This document shows positions 43,769 through 54,752 of a stretch of DNA of 64,000 nt, one piece after another (positions within the stretch are counted from its first letter, which is position 1; the number at the start of each line of letters is the position of its first letter). The position numbers were made by a program, and so were the translations under genes. Origin of the DNA: an uncultured Acinetobacter sp. (GTDB lineage: Bacteria; Pseudomonadota; Gammaproteobacteria; Pseudomonadales; Moraxellaceae); the NCBI GenBank assembly GCA_964293455.1, contig CAXYZD010000001.1, forward strand, positions 341-64,340, read 5' to 3'. Under the pieces are notes generated by a model, which made no database searches, was not told the DNA's origin, and was given only the letters and a program-made list of their open reading frames with translations.

Positions 43769-46363
43769 ATGAAAAAGCTATCTCGATTAGGTCATATTCA
43801 CCCATTTTTTTTGCTAATTATTAGTGTTTTAATTGCAATTCCAATGGGTTTTTACGGCATGTACCTTTACATTGCCCCGTCATTACCTGAAATGAGCTCA
43901 TTAAAAAAAGCTCCTTTATTGAAGCCATTACAGGTGTATACCGCCGATAATGAGCTAATTGCAGAGTATGGTGGCAAACTTTCGGTACCTGTTGAATATA
44001 AACAAATTCCACCAAAATTCATTTATGCATTTTTGGCGGCAGAAGATTCATCTTTTTTTGAACACAGCGGGATCAGCTTTAAAGGTCTAGGTCGTGCTGT
44101 CAGTGAAAGTGTAACCGGTTCAAATGTTCAAACGGGTGGTTCAACCATTACCATGCAGGTGGCGAAAAATTACTATTTATCCCCTGAAAGAACACTAAAA
44201 CGTAAACTGACTGAAGTTTTTCTTGCTCGAAAAATAGAACAAAATTTAAGTAAGGAAGATATTTTATCTTTATATGTAAATAAAATTTTCTTAGGTAAAA
44301 ATGCTTACGGTATTGCTGCCGCTGCAAAAATTTATTACGACAAAAATCTTGATCAGCTCAGTATTGCCCAAATGGCGATGATTGCAGGCTTACCCAAAGC
44401 ACCATCAAAATATAATCCAGTTGCCAATCCTGAACGCGCTTTAGAACGCCGCAATTGGATTCTTGGACGTATGCTTCAACTCGGTTATCTCAATCAAGCC
44501 GAGTATAATAAAGCCGTTGCTGAACCAATTAGCTTGAATATGCCCGATCGTGGCATTACCAATAAATTCCCTTATGTTGGGGAAATGGTTCGCTCTGAAT
44601 TGGTTAAAAAATTTGGTGAACAAGCAATTGACTCTGGTTATAAGGTGTACACGACAGTCAACAGTCAACGTCAAAATTATGCTGAAGAATCTGTACAAAA
44701 AGGTTTAGAAGATTACGATCGCCGTCATGGTTGGCGTGGTGCAGAAGCACATGACAAGCCATTAAAAGATTTTATACCTTATGCCAATACTTATCCTGCC
44801 CAAGTTGTTAAAGTGAATAGCAGTAGTTTTGAAGCACTTATGCAAGATGGTTCAAAAGTGACGATTCCTTGGTCAGGCATGTCATGGGCACGACCTTATC
44901 GCAATGCAAACAGTGTTGGCGGCGCACCAAGCAATGCATCACAAATTGTTAAAGTAAAAGATATTGTTCGTTTACGTCCAAATGAAGAAAAAACCGCTTG
45001 GTCATTGGTTCAAATTCCAAAAGCTCAAGGGCAGTTGATTGCAATTAATCCGAATGATGGTTCAATTGAAGCGATTGTTGGTGGATATAACTTTTACCAT
45101 TCGAAATTTAACCGTGCGCTACAAGGGTGGCGTCAACCCGGTTCAACCATTAAACCGTTCATTTATGCTTTAGCACTTGAACGTGGTATGACCCCCTATA
45201 GTATGGTCAATGATAGCCCCATTCAAATTGGAAAATGGTCACCAAGAAACTCAGATGGTCGCTATTTAGGGATGATTCCACTTCGCCGTGCGTTGTATTT
45301 GTCTCGTAATACCGTCTCAGTTCGCCTATTACAAAGTGTCGGTGTAGAACGTGCGCGTCAGTTACTCATGGATTTTGGTCTACAAGATGATCAAATTCCA
45401 CGTAACTTTACCATTGCTTTAGGTACACCACAGGTACTTCCAGTACAAATGGCAACAGGTTATGCCACCATCGCGAATGGTGGTTATCGTGTACAACCCT
45501 ACTTCATCAAACGTATTGAAGATGCCTACGGCAAAGTTATTTACGAGGCAAAACCTGACTATGCATGTATTCCATGTATCAATGAAAAAGTAACACCACC
45601 AAAAGTAAAAACAGAACAAATTGAAGATGCCATAACATCTAGCGCTGATGATGAAGTTTTTGCCAGTGCTGCTTCTACACCTACACTTGAAAATACACCT
45701 TTAAGCAAGGAAGAACAGGGGAAATATCGTCAAGCACAACGTATTTTAAAATCACAATCTGCATTTGATATGGCAAATATCCTACGTGATGTGATTGTGC
45801 ATGGTACAGGTCGTGCAGCTTTAAAAATTGGTCGTGATGATATTGGCGGTAAAACAGGAACAACCAATGATGCTAAAGATGCTTGGTTTGCAGGCTTCAA
45901 TGGCAAACTGGTGACCATTGCATGGGTCGGGTTCGATCAACCATCAACCTTAGGACGTCGTGAGTATGGTGGTATTGCAGCATTACCCGTATGGACAAGC
46001 TTTATGGATAAAGCCTTAGAAGGGACACCTTCAGCTTGGGTACGTTTCGATAAAGATGCGAAAGCCCCTTTAAACCGTGAAGAACGTAGTCTAGAAGACA
46101 CCACACTAAGTGCAGAAGATAAGAAAGATTACCGAGCGTCTCCACCTCTTGCTCGTCCTATTTATCGTCCTGCACCTATTGCACCAACCCGTAATCGTGC
46201 AAGTGACTTTGATGATTTACCGGGTGAAGGTAGCAATGCGGATAAACCATCAGAACAAACACTGAAACCTAAAAATTCAGCACCCCCTCCAATGAGTCAG
46301 GGTTCAACTTCAGCAAAACGTGAAAATGACTCTATGGAAAATTTAATCAATAATGTTCAGTGA
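43769..46363 (+). CDS. ponA: Penicillin-binding protein 1A
   Basis: Transglycosylase motifs AEDSSFFEH and GGSTITMQVAKN; transpeptidase motifs STIK, SRN, KTG; divergent from pilM. Confidence 0.96.
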   Translation: MKKLSRLGHIHPFFLLIISVLIAIPMGFYGMYLYIAPSLPEMSSLKKAPLLKPLQVYTADNELIAEYGGKLSVPVEYKQIPPKFIYAFLAAEDSSFFEHSGISFKGLGRAVSESVTGSNVQTGGSTITMQVAKNYYLSPERTLKRKLTEVFLARKIEQNLSKEDILSLYVNKIFLGKNAYGIAAAAKIYYDKNLDQLSIAQMAMIAGLPKAPSKYNPVANPERALERRNWILGRMLQLGYLNQAEYNKAVAEPISLNMPDRGITNKFPYVGEMVRSELVKKFGEQAIDSGYKVYTTVNSQRQNYAEESVQKGLEDYDRRHGWRGAEAHDKPLKDFIPYANTYPAQVVKVNSSSFEALMQDGSKVTIPWSGMSWARPYRNANSVGGAPSNASQIVKVKDIVRLRPNEEKTAWSLVQIPKAQGQLIAINPNDGSIEAIVGGYNFYHSKFNRALQGWRQPGSTIKPFIYALALERGMTPYSMVNDSPIQIGKWSPRNSDGRYLGMIPLRRALYLSRNTVSVRLLQSVGVERARQLLMDFGLQDDQIPRNFTIALGTPQVLPVQMATGYATIANGGYRVQPYFIKRIEDAYGKVIYEAKPDYACIPCINEKVTPPKVKTEQIEDAITSSADDEVFASAASTPTLENTPLSKEEQGKYRQAQRILKSQSAFDMANILRDVIVHGTGRAALKIGRDDIGGKTGTTNDAKDAWFAGFNGKLVTIAWVGFDQPSTLGRREYGGIAALPVWTSFMDKALEGTPSAWVRFDKDAKAPLNREERSLEDTTLSAEDKKDYRASPPLARPIYRPAPIAPTRNRASDFDDLPGEGSNADKPSEQTLKPKNSAPPPMSQGSTSAKRENDSMENLINNVQ

Positions 46364-46388
46364 TTTACCTTAAAGCTAGAACATGATT

Positions 46389-46423
46389 AAAAAAGAAAGC
46401 CATCTTCGGATGGCTTTCTTTTT
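46389..46423. terminator. Bidirectional intrinsic terminator (UUCG loop)
   Basis: AAAAAGAAAGCCATC-TTCG-GATGGCTTTCTTTTT, a perfect stem between convergent ponA and rlmA. Confidence 0.92.
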
Positions 46424-46467
46424 GTCTAATTCAAACTTATTTTTATATTGCCGATTTCAGCGACTAC

Positions 46468-47274
46468 TTACTTCTTCTGAAAGATATAGATTTGAAAACT
46501 TGCTTTGAGCTTTATTTCAGACTGTTGCTCCAATTGCTGACGTTTCTCCTGTTTGGCTTTATACGCATAAGGTGTCATTGCAATCAAATCTTTCAATTGT
46601 TGCTGATCTAAAATAAATTCTGACTCAATAATGGGTTGCTCAATCAATTCAAATTTTTCTTTTAACTGTTCAACAAACTTATGCGGATCATGAGCATTGA
46701 CTTCATCAAATAGCGCTTCACGCATTGCATACAGATGTTCAGGTGCAGGCGTAACCACCATCAAATAACCGTGTAGTTTAAGTACACGTAAAATTTCATC
46801 TTCAGGAATTGGACTAAATAAACTCGTACATAAATTAATACTTTGATCAAGCACAGGTAAAGTCGCCCCTGTTCCGACCACCCAAGTCACATCTCGATTA
46901 ATTTTCGCTGCAACTTGTACCGCATTTTTGGCAATATCTACCCCAACACATTGTAAAGTTTCTTTTTGCATTGCACTGGTGTAATACCCTTCTCCACAGC
47001 CAATATCGAGTAGATTTTCAATACCTAATTCACGAATTTTTTCAACGACCGCATGTTGTAATGGCGCATAGAAACCAGCACTTAAAAATGCACGGCGGGC
47101 TTGTACGGACTCAGGCGTATCACCCGGATTTTTACTGTGTTTATGCTGCACAACATGCAAGTTGACATAGCCTTGTTTCGCCACATCATAGCTATGATGA
47201 TTCGCACAGCACCATGTTCTTTCCGTCAGACTAAGTGCTTCACGACATACGGGGCACATGAGCAGATTCATCAT
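46468..47274 (-). CDS. rlmA: 23S rRNA m1G745 methyltransferase
   Basis: CPVC...C..H zinc finger, AKQGYVNL, LDIGCGEGYY, MTPYAY. Confidence 0.88.
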   Translation of the reverse strand: MMNLLMCPVCREALSLTERTWCCANHHSYDVAKQGYVNLHVVQHKHSKNPGDTPESVQARRAFLSAGFYAPLQHAVVEKIRELGIENLLDIGCGEGYYTSAMQKETLQCVGVDIAKNAVQVAAKINRDVTWVVGTGATLPVLDQSINLCTSLFSPIPEDEILRVLKLHGYLMVVTPAPEHLYAMREALFDEVNAHDPHKFVEQLKEKFELIEQPIIESEFILDQQQLKDLIAMTPYAYKAKQEKRQQLEQQSEIKLKASFQIYIFQKK

Positions 47275-47289
47275 TTTTCTCCTGAAAAT

Positions 47290-47315
47290 AAAAAAGCCGG
47301 CTTGAGCCGACTTTT
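47290..47315 (-). terminator. Probable terminator after mraY
   Basis: AAAAGCCGGCT-TG-AGCCGACTTTT hairpin; the plus-strand A-run gives the U-tract on the minus strand. Confidence 0.6.
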
Positions 47316-47329
47316 CATTAAAGTTTTGC

Positions 47330-48448
47330 TTAGCGTAATTTTAAGGTCATTAAGCCTAAAACTACTAGCATAATTGTAATAATCCAAAAACGGATGACCA
47401 CTTGCGTTTCACGCCAACCTTTTTTCTCATAGTGATGATGTAATGGCGCCATGAGGAAAACACGTTTATTACGCATACGCAGTGAACCAATTTGCAGGAA
47501 AACTGAAATTGCTTCCACCACAAAAACACCGCCCATAATAGCAAATACGATTTCTTGACGAACCATCACTGCAATTGTACCGAGCATCGCACCTAAAGAT
47601 AATGCACCAACATCACCCATAAAAATTTGTGCAGGATGAGCGTTGTACCATAAGAATGCCAAACCTGAACCAATCATTGCAGCACAAATAATCACAAGCT
47701 CAGAGGTATATTTCACATAAGGAATATGTAAATAATTAGCAAAGCGAATATCGCCTGCCAAATATGCAAATACACCTAAACCTGCTGCCACTAAGACAAT
47801 TGGCATAATCGCCAAACCATCTAGACCATCGGTTAAGTTCACCGCATTTGAGCCACCATTAATCACTAAATATGTGAATAAGATAAAGCCTATTCCCAAA
47901 GGTACTGCCGACAATGGAATAGTTAAATTTTTGAAAAATGGAATCAATAAATCAAGCATATTTGCAGTATGAACAGGATTCGCCTGTTGTGTTGCAATCA
48001 CATAGAGTGCAATACCTGCACCCAATGAGCCCAATGAAGTCCAAAAGAACTTTTTCTTTGCAGGTAAACCGGCATTATCTTTATAACGGACTTTAATCCA
48101 ATCATCTGCCCAACCTACAGCACCAAAAATGATCATAACAGCGAGCACAATCCACACATAAGGATTAGATAAATCTGCCCACAGCAATGTACTAATGCCT
48201 ATCGACAAGAGTATGAGAATCCCGCCCATGGTTGGCGTACCCATTTTCTTTGCATGGTTTTCAGGTGCAAATGAACTCACCGCTTGTCCATATTTCAACG
48301 CTTGCAGTTTCCGAATCATATACGGCCCAAGCGTCAAACCAATGGCAAGTGAAGTCAATACACTCAATAAGGCACGCAATGACAAATATCGAACCACCTG
48401 AAACGTGCTATCAAAGCCTGCCAGATGTTCAAACAACCATAACAACAT
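47330..48448 (-). CDS. mraY: Phospho-N-acetylmuramoyl-pentapeptide transferase
   Basis: [34 protein letters not shown]. Confidence 0.98.
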   Translation of the reverse strand: MLLWLFEHLAGFDSTFQVVRYLSLRALLSVLTSLAIGLTLGPYMIRKLQALKYGQAVSSFAPENHAKKMGTPTMGGILILLSIGISTLLWADLSNPYVWIVLAVMIIFGAVGWADDWIKVRYKDNAGLPAKKKFFWTSLGSLGAGIALYVIATQQANPVHTANMLDLLIPFFKNLTIPLSAVPLGIGFILFTYLVINGGSNAVNLTDGLDGLAIMPIVLVAAGLGVFAYLAGDIRFANYLHIPYVKYTSELVIICAAMIGSGLAFLWYNAHPAQIFMGDVGALSLGAMLGTIAVMVRQEIVFAIMGGVFVVEAISVFLQIGSLRMRNKRVFLMAPLHHHYEKKGWRETQVVIRFWIITIMLVVLGLMTLKLR

Positions 48449-48449
48449 T

Positions 48450-49859
48450 TTAGAGTTTCTCCATTAAAGCAGTCATCAATGTTTCCATATGCGTATAACG
48501 AGAACCTTTAAAGAGGAAACTCATTGACTGTGGTTGATGGGTTTCAACCAAACTTACCAAGAAAGGTAAAGCCTGTTCTTGAGTCAGGAAAGCCTGCATT
48601 TTTTTACCGTATTGTGTACTACGTGCACCTTCTTGCGCAGCAGGAGAAAACTCTCCTACCGATACAACAAAATGAACACCTTGAACTGAAACTAGATCAC
48701 GCCCCAACATATAGTGTTGTTGTGCTGCCGTATCCCCAAGCTCACCAATATCACCGATCACCATAACATTGACACCGTTTTGCTGTGCAAGCACTTCGGC
48801 AGCTGCACGCATCGAGGTCGGATTGGCATTGTAGGTATCATCAATAAATAAATATTTGTCTTGCTGAATAAAGTTCAAACGCCCTTTCGCACCTTGTGCT
48901 TGTTCAAGCCCAATGACAATATCATCGAGTGAAACGCCAATAGCTAAAGCAAAAGCCGTTGCAGCTTCGGCATTATGAACATTGTGCTCACCTGCAAATG
49001 GCAGATTGACAACTTTAGAACCTTGCGGTGTATTGATGGTAAAAGTTGCTGACTGAGTATGTAATTGCAGCTCTGTTGCAAAAACATCACCATCCTGACC
49101 AAAACTAAGTATTTTTTCAGTTTTTACCGCTTGGCGAATGGTATCGGTAAAGTCGTCAGATGCAGGAATAATTGAAATTCCTGTAGACGCAATATGTGCA
49201 TAAGTTTCAGATTTTGCACGACAAATACCATCACGACCACCAAACTCACCCAAATGTGCAGTCCCAATATTGAGAATACCTGCGACATGCGGCTGAACAA
49301 GATTTGAAGTGTAATCAATTTCACCTTGATGACTTGCACCCAACTCCATGACCGCATATTGATGCTCGGCACGCAGCTCAAGCAGCATCATTGGTACACC
49401 TAAATCATTATTTAAGTTACCACGCGTAATTAAAGTCGGTGCTAAGCGAGATAAAATACTGCCCAACATTTCTTTGGTGGTGGTTTTACCACTGCTACCA
49501 GTCAGTGCAATCACTTTGAGTTGTGAATTTTTCGCACGACGATACGCACCTAAATGACCAAGTGCCAAACGGGTATCTTTCACGACCAATTGACAAATAT
49601 CAACATCGACAGGATGACTGACTATAGCAATTTGGCAACCATTCGCAGCCACTTGTACAATAAAATCATGTGCATCAAAACGCTCACCTTTGAGCGCTAA
49701 AAATGCATCACCGAGTTCAGCATGACGTGAATCGGTCAAAATACGTTTAATTTCACCTTGTGGTGCTTTGTCTAAATACCAATAACCCTGAGTCGCTTCA
49801 GCAAGTTGCTCTGCTGACCATGGCTCCAAAGGCACCGTACTGGTGGTCGAGGTATGCAT
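48450..49859 (-). CDS. murF: UDP-MurNAc-tripeptide--D-Ala-D-Ala ligase
   Basis: [33 protein letters not shown]. Confidence 0.97.
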   Translation of the reverse strand: MHTSTTSTVPLEPWSAEQLAEATQGYWYLDKAPQGEIKRILTDSRHAELGDAFLALKGERFDAHDFIVQVAANGCQIAIVSHPVDVDICQLVVKDTRLALGHLGAYRRAKNSQLKVIALTGSSGKTTTKEMLGSILSRLAPTLITRGNLNNDLGVPMMLLELRAEHQYAVMELGASHQGEIDYTSNLVQPHVAGILNIGTAHLGEFGGRDGICRAKSETYAHIASTGISIIPASDDFTDTIRQAVKTEKILSFGQDGDVFATELQLHTQSATFTINTPQGSKVVNLPFAGEHNVHNAEAATAFALAIGVSLDDIVIGLEQAQGAKGRLNFIQQDKYLFIDDTYNANPTSMRAAAEVLAQQNGVNVMVIGDIGELGDTAAQQHYMLGRDLVSVQGVHFVVSVGEFSPAAQEGARSTQYGKKMQAFLTQEQALPFLVSLVETHQPQSMSFLFKGSRYTHMETLMTALMEKL

Positions 49860-49867
49860 TCTTGTTC

Positions 49868-51364
49868 CTACTGAGCTGGATATGCTGAATTGGGTTTGTG
49901 ATGCTGTGCATCAATGGCTGATTGCACTTCTACTACGTCATCAAACCAATGGCGTACACCATCAATTTCTTGATAATTTTCATGCCCTTTACCTGCAATC
50001 ACCACAATATCACCGCTATGTGCATGCTTGACGGCATATTTAATGGCTTCACGGCGATCATGAATTTCATGAACATCATGCTGAATAAAATCAACACCTT
50101 GTTTCATATCTGCAAAAATTTGTGTCGGATCTTCTGTTCGTGGATTATCCGAAGTAATGATGATTGGATTGGCTTGCTCTAAAGCAGCTTTGGTCATGAG
50201 CGGACGTTTACCACGATCACGATCACCACCACAGCCAAACACTGCCCACAATTGATTTTCCACATGACGTTTTAAGGTTTTTAACACCTGTGTAAGTGCA
50301 TCTGGAGTGTGTGCATAATCGACTACAAATAAACGATCTTTATCACGAATCACTTGCATGCGACCCGGTGCACCTTTGAGTTTCGGCACATCCGCAATCA
50401 AACTTGCCAAATCAAAACCGGCTTGCTCGGCAACAATTAATGCCGCAACAAGATTCTCAATATTAAAATGCCCAAGTAATGGGCTATGAACGGTAAATTC
50501 TTGAGTTATTGTTTTTAGGTGAAATGTCGCACCCTCTAAACTGTACTGAATACCAAAAACTTGATAATCCGCAGTACGAGATGTCGAATAGGTCAGCACT
50601 TTAGGATGTGACACATTGCTGCTCGCAGCACCTAACATCACATGTGCATGTTCATCATCAATATTAATCACAGCAACTTTGAGTGATGAAAATTTAAATA
50701 AACGTGACTTCGCTTCAGCATAGGCTTCAAGCGTACCGTGATAATCCAAATGATCACGGCTTAAATTACTATAAGCTGCAATTTCAATATCACAGCCATT
50801 TAAACGACCTTGTTCTAAGCCATGCGAACTTGCTTCAAGTGAGGTAAATTCAGCATTTTGTTTGGCAAAATCATGCAACATATCTTGTAAATGTAGCGCA
50901 TCCAATGTGGTATGTGACGATGCTTCAAGGTTCGGTAAAATACCATTCCCTGTTGTTCCCATCACGGCACATTTTTTACCTTGTAACATAATGAGTTCGG
51001 CAACCAAACGGGAAATGGTGGTTTTACCATTGGTTCCCGTAATTGCCAAAATACGACTCGGTGTTACAACATCAACCGCTTGTAAATATTTTTTTTGCCA
51101 TTGCCCCATCAAATGACGAACATCAGGACAAATTAAAGCAGACTCTATACCTAAATCCGTTTCACTAATCACAGCTAATGCACCATTTTGCAAAGCGGAT
51201 TGAGCAAACTGAATGGTTTTTTCGGGCTGCGTATAACTTGTTAGTGCAATAAAAATTTGCCCTGACTGTACGGCACGACTATCTAAAATAAAACCGTGAA
51301 AAGGCTCTGCCATCCAAGCATGCTTATTTTCGGCATCAAAAACATCCTGAAAACGAATCATCAT
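49868..51364 (-). CDS. murE: UDP-MurNAc-dipeptide--meso-DAP ligase
   Basis: TGTNGKTT, EASSHGL, VDYAHTPD, FGCGGDRD, DNPR (DAP specificity), AGKGHE. Confidence 0.97.
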   Translation of the reverse strand: MMIRFQDVFDAENKHAWMAEPFHGFILDSRAVQSGQIFIALTSYTQPEKTIQFAQSALQNGALAVISETDLGIESALICPDVRHLMGQWQKKYLQAVDVVTPSRILAITGTNGKTTISRLVAELIMLQGKKCAVMGTTGNGILPNLEASSHTTLDALHLQDMLHDFAKQNAEFTSLEASSHGLEQGRLNGCDIEIAAYSNLSRDHLDYHGTLEAYAEAKSRLFKFSSLKVAVINIDDEHAHVMLGAASSNVSHPKVLTYSTSRTADYQVFGIQYSLEGATFHLKTITQEFTVHSPLLGHFNIENLVAALIVAEQAGFDLASLIADVPKLKGAPGRMQVIRDKDRLFVVDYAHTPDALTQVLKTLKRHVENQLWAVFGCGGDRDRGKRPLMTKAALEQANPIIITSDNPRTEDPTQIFADMKQGVDFIQHDVHEIHDRREAIKYAVKHAHSGDIVVIAGKGHENYQEIDGVRHWFDDVVEVQSAIDAQHHKPNSAYPAQ

Positions 51365-51370
51365 TTTTAC

Positions 51371-53200
51371 CTATTGGGCTTTCGCTGTTTCAAGCGGTTT
51401 ATCTAAAGGAACATTCATTAAACGTAAAGATTCTTGCATAATTTTGGCAAATACAGGTGCAGCAACCAGACCACCGTAATATTGCCCACGCGGATTTTCG
51501 ACTACAACAATAATTGCTAAACGTGGGTCACTGATCGGTGCAACACCGGCAAATAATGCACGATATTCTGTATTTGAATAACCACGGTGGTCAGGGCGTA
51601 ATTTATGTGCTGTACCGGTTTTACCACCCACACGATATCCCGGAATATTGGCTTGTTTTGCTGTACCGCCCGGCATAGTGACCTGTTCGAGCATGAGCAA
51701 GACATCATCAGCAATTTTTTTATCTACAATCTGTTCACCTTTCGGCTCATGATCCAACTTATACAAACTTAGCGGATGACGCACACCATGATTTGCCAAC
51801 ATTGCATAACCTTGTGCGAGCTGTAAGGTTGTGGCATTAATCCCGTAGCCGTATGCCATTGCACCGACTTCAGATACATTCCATTTGTTCGATGGTAAAA
51901 TTAAACCACCACTTTCACCTGGAAATTTCACTGCAGAACGTTGACCAAAACCGACACGTTTAAAGAAAGTCGGTAAGGTTGAATACGGCATTGATAATGC
52001 TATTTTTGCTGAGCCTACATTAGAAGATTTTACAATAACGCCTGTGACAGTCAATGAACCATAGTTATGTGTATCACGAATGGTATGATTACCAATACGC
52101 ATTGAACCCGGACTCGTACTAATCACTGTATTTGGCGTGTATTTACCACTTTCAAGACCCGCAGCCACAGTAAACGGTTTCATGGTTGAACCCGGCTCAA
52201 ACATATCAATTGCCCCACGGTTACGCATGGCATCTTTGTTCTTTAGACCATTTTTATCATTCGGGTTATACGATGGCCAACTGCTCATCGCTAAAATTTC
52301 ACCCGTTTTTACATCAACTGCAATTGCAGAGGCTGAACGTGCATTATTTGCCACGCCAACCGCAGTCAATTCACGGTACATAATATATTGCAAACGTGAG
52401 TCGATACTGAGCGTAATATTTTCACCGACAGTGACTTCTTTTACTACTTCTGGAACTTTGACACGGTTACCATGTTTATCTCGGGAAATCTTTTGCTCAC
52501 CATCTTCACCCGCCAAACGAGTATTGAGCTGCATTTCCAAACCTTCAATCCCCATACCTTCACTATTGGTTAAACCAATAATCTGCGCACTTGGCTGTGG
52601 TTGAGGGTAGTAACGTTTATACGTTTTTTCAGCATATACTCCTGCAAACTCACGCTTTACAATCAAATCAGATTGTGGTGGTGGCACTTCTTTTTTGAGT
52701 ACCAAATAACGTGAGCGTGGGCGATCTTTCAAACTTTTCTTTAAATCTGCACGATCAATGCCTACAGCATCGGCAAGCTCATCCAAATTTAAGTTTTTAT
52801 CGGGTAATGCGCGTTTTAATTTACGGCTATTCGGCTGTGTTTCCAGCTCTTTCGTCACTCGATCAAATTCAGCTTTAGTTTCAAAATATTCTTTTGGATC
52901 AATAACAAGTTTCATAATGGGCGTGCTAATCGCCAAAGGTACACCATGACGATCGCTAATCACACCACGCATTGCTCTGAGCTTTTCCGTTCTCAAAATA
53001 TTGGCATTGGCTTTATTTTGTAAAAAGTCTTTATTGATGACTTGTACATAGAATGCCCGACCAATCAGTGCGAAAAAGCACACCAATACAACGCCCCATA
53101 AAAGATAAAAGCGCCACATGTCGATAGAGATTGTATTTTTTTCCGAAATAGACTTCTTTTTACGCGCAGGTTGAGTCTGTTTCGTCTGCTTAGTTACCAT
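51371..53200 (-). CDS. ftsI: Peptidoglycan D,D-transpeptidase PBP3
   Basis: EPGSTMK (SxxK), KSSN, GGKTGT; N-terminal TM helix. Confidence 0.97.
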   Translation of the reverse strand: MVTKQTKQTQPARKKKSISEKNTISIDMWRFYLLWGVVLVCFFALIGRAFYVQVINKDFLQNKANANILRTEKLRAMRGVISDRHGVPLAISTPIMKLVIDPKEYFETKAEFDRVTKELETQPNSRKLKRALPDKNLNLDELADAVGIDRADLKKSLKDRPRSRYLVLKKEVPPPQSDLIVKREFAGVYAEKTYKRYYPQPQPSAQIIGLTNSEGMGIEGLEMQLNTRLAGEDGEQKISRDKHGNRVKVPEVVKEVTVGENITLSIDSRLQYIMYRELTAVGVANNARSASAIAVDVKTGEILAMSSWPSYNPNDKNGLKNKDAMRNRGAIDMFEPGSTMKPFTVAAGLESGKYTPNTVISTSPGSMRIGNHTIRDTHNYGSLTVTGVIVKSSNVGSAKIALSMPYSTLPTFFKRVGFGQRSAVKFPGESGGLILPSNKWNVSEVGAMAYGYGINATTLQLAQGYAMLANHGVRHPLSLYKLDHEPKGEQIVDKKIADDVLLMLEQVTMPGGTAKQANIPGYRVGGKTGTAHKLRPDHRGYSNTEYRALFAGVAPISDPRLAIIVVVENPRGQYYGGLVAAPVFAKIMQESLRLMNVPLDKPLETAKAQ

Positions 53201-53212
53201 ATACAGCGAGCC

Positions 53213-53545
53213 TTATTTCTTCTGATCTGTTTCAGCAGGTAATGAAATTACAACGGTTTGTCCCGCTGGTGGTGAATACATACGCAATTGGGTAACAGCA
53301 CGTGTGCCGATTTGTGCCGTTGCACCAAAGGTCTGTTGCTCAATCAACAATCTTCCCCATTCTGCATTAATATCTTCACGCGCACGCATATATGCATTCA
53401 ACTCACGAAAATCATGTCGATAGTCAAATACCTGCAATACCACCATAAAAGCACTGCTCATTACAATGAACAGTAAAAGGGCATATATCACGACTTTTTT
53501 AATGGCAATATTTGCTGATTTTTTTTCAATCACCTGTTCTTTCAT
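53213..53545 (-). CDS. ftsL: Cell division protein FtsL
   Basis: TM helix plus coiled coil with EWGRLLIEQ; lies between rsmH and ftsI. Confidence 0.92.
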   Translation of the reverse strand: MKEQVIEKKSANIAIKKVVIYALLLFIVMSSAFMVVLQVFDYRHDFRELNAYMRAREDINAEWGRLLIEQQTFGATAQIGTRAVTQLRMYSPPAGQTVVISLPAETDQKK

Positions 53546-54468
53546 TCTGCGCCTTTTTGCTCCAAGCGTTCAGCCACCCTCAACCATGCACTACGTGAAC
53601 GAGGATTTTCCTTCACTTCAGCTTCACTGGCACGGATGCGATCAATTTTTTTCAGTTTAAGTTTATCTTTAATTTTTTGTGGTAAACCCCAGCCATCGTC
53701 TTCTGCAGGTGTCGATTCTTTTTGAATAAATTGTTTAATAATACGATCTTCTAAAGAATGAAAGCTAATCACCGCCAAACGACCACCCGATTTTAACAAA
53801 TCTGTTGCCTGAGGTAAAAAGGCATGTACATCATCGAGTTCTTTATTGATTTCAATACGAATCGCTTGAAAGGTACGTGTTGCAGCGTGTTTATTTTTTT
53901 CCCATTTTGGATGCGCAACTTTTACAATTTCAGCAAGTTCCGCTGTCGTTGTAATATAACCTGCATTTTTAATGGCTTTGGCAATACGGCGACTATAACG
54001 CTCTTCACCATATTGATAAATAATATTGGCAAGATGCTCTTCATCTACACTCACCAACCAATCCGCTGCGGTTGGACCTTGTGAATTGTCCATACGCATG
54101 TCCAAAGGACCATTACGCATAAAACTAAAGCCACGTTCAGCCTGATCTAACTGTGGAGATGACACACCCAAGTCCGCCATAATGCCATCAACTTCAAATA
54201 AACCAATTTGATTCATTTCTTGTTGTAAGTCGGCAAAACTGGCATGAATAATTTTAAAACGAGGATCTTCTTTTTCAAGCTGATAAGCAACTTCAAGGGC
54301 TTGTGGGTCTTTATCAAATGCATAAACTTGCGCATTTGCATCCAGTTTAGACAACAATAAGCGTGTATGCCCACCACGACCAAATGTCCCATCAATATAA
54401 ATTCCGCTATTGCGACCTGCCAACAAAGCATCGACAGTTTCATGGAGTAACACGGAAATATGAGACAT
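53542..54468 (-). CDS. rsmH: 16S rRNA m4C1402 methyltransferase
   Basis: HISVLLHE, DGTFGRGGH, DLGVSSPQLD, FHSLEDR, NPRSRSA; start placed at ATG 54468. Confidence 0.97.
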   Translation of the reverse strand: MSHISVLLHETVDALLAGRNSGIYIDGTFGRGGHTRLLLSKLDANAQVYAFDKDPQALEVAYQLEKEDPRFKIIHASFADLQQEMNQIGLFEVDGIMADLGVSSPQLDQAERGFSFMRNGPLDMRMDNSQGPTAADWLVSVDEEHLANIIYQYGEERYSRRIAKAIKNAGYITTTAELAEIVKVAHPKWEKNKHAATRTFQAIRIEINKELDDVHAFLPQATDLLKSGGRLAVISFHSLEDRIIKQFIQKESTPAEDDGWGLPQKIKDKLKLKKIDRIRASEAEVKENPRSRSAWLRVAERLEQKGAE

Positions 54469-54711
54469 AAGTGAGGTTTCAGTATAATCAGAAAAGTAAC
54501 TGCACATTATTACCTTGTTTTAATAAAGCTCCAAACGACTTTTTGTACGGAAATATTATTTTTAATAGGGAAATCCGTTTTATGATCGATATTTGATGAC
54601 TTTAAGACAACTTTTGTAATTTATTTTAAAATAAATTTGCCTAAATTCTTTATTTTTATCTTTCAAAAAATTAGGTCTTACCTTTTTTGTAACAACCTTA
54701 TATAAAAATAT

Positions 54712-54742
54712 AAAAAAGCCCCCTATCACTTAGGAGGCTTTT
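54712..54742 (-). terminator. Intrinsic terminator after the sulfate-binding protein genes
   Basis: AAAAAAGCCCCCTA...TAGGAGGCTTTT hairpin. Confidence 0.7.
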
Positions 54743-54752
54743 ATCATTTAAA

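Noticed and set aside
47330-54750. dcw cluster lacking mraZ and ending at mraY
   Set aside because: A fragmented dcw cluster is, to my knowledge, the usual arrangement in Acinetobacter.
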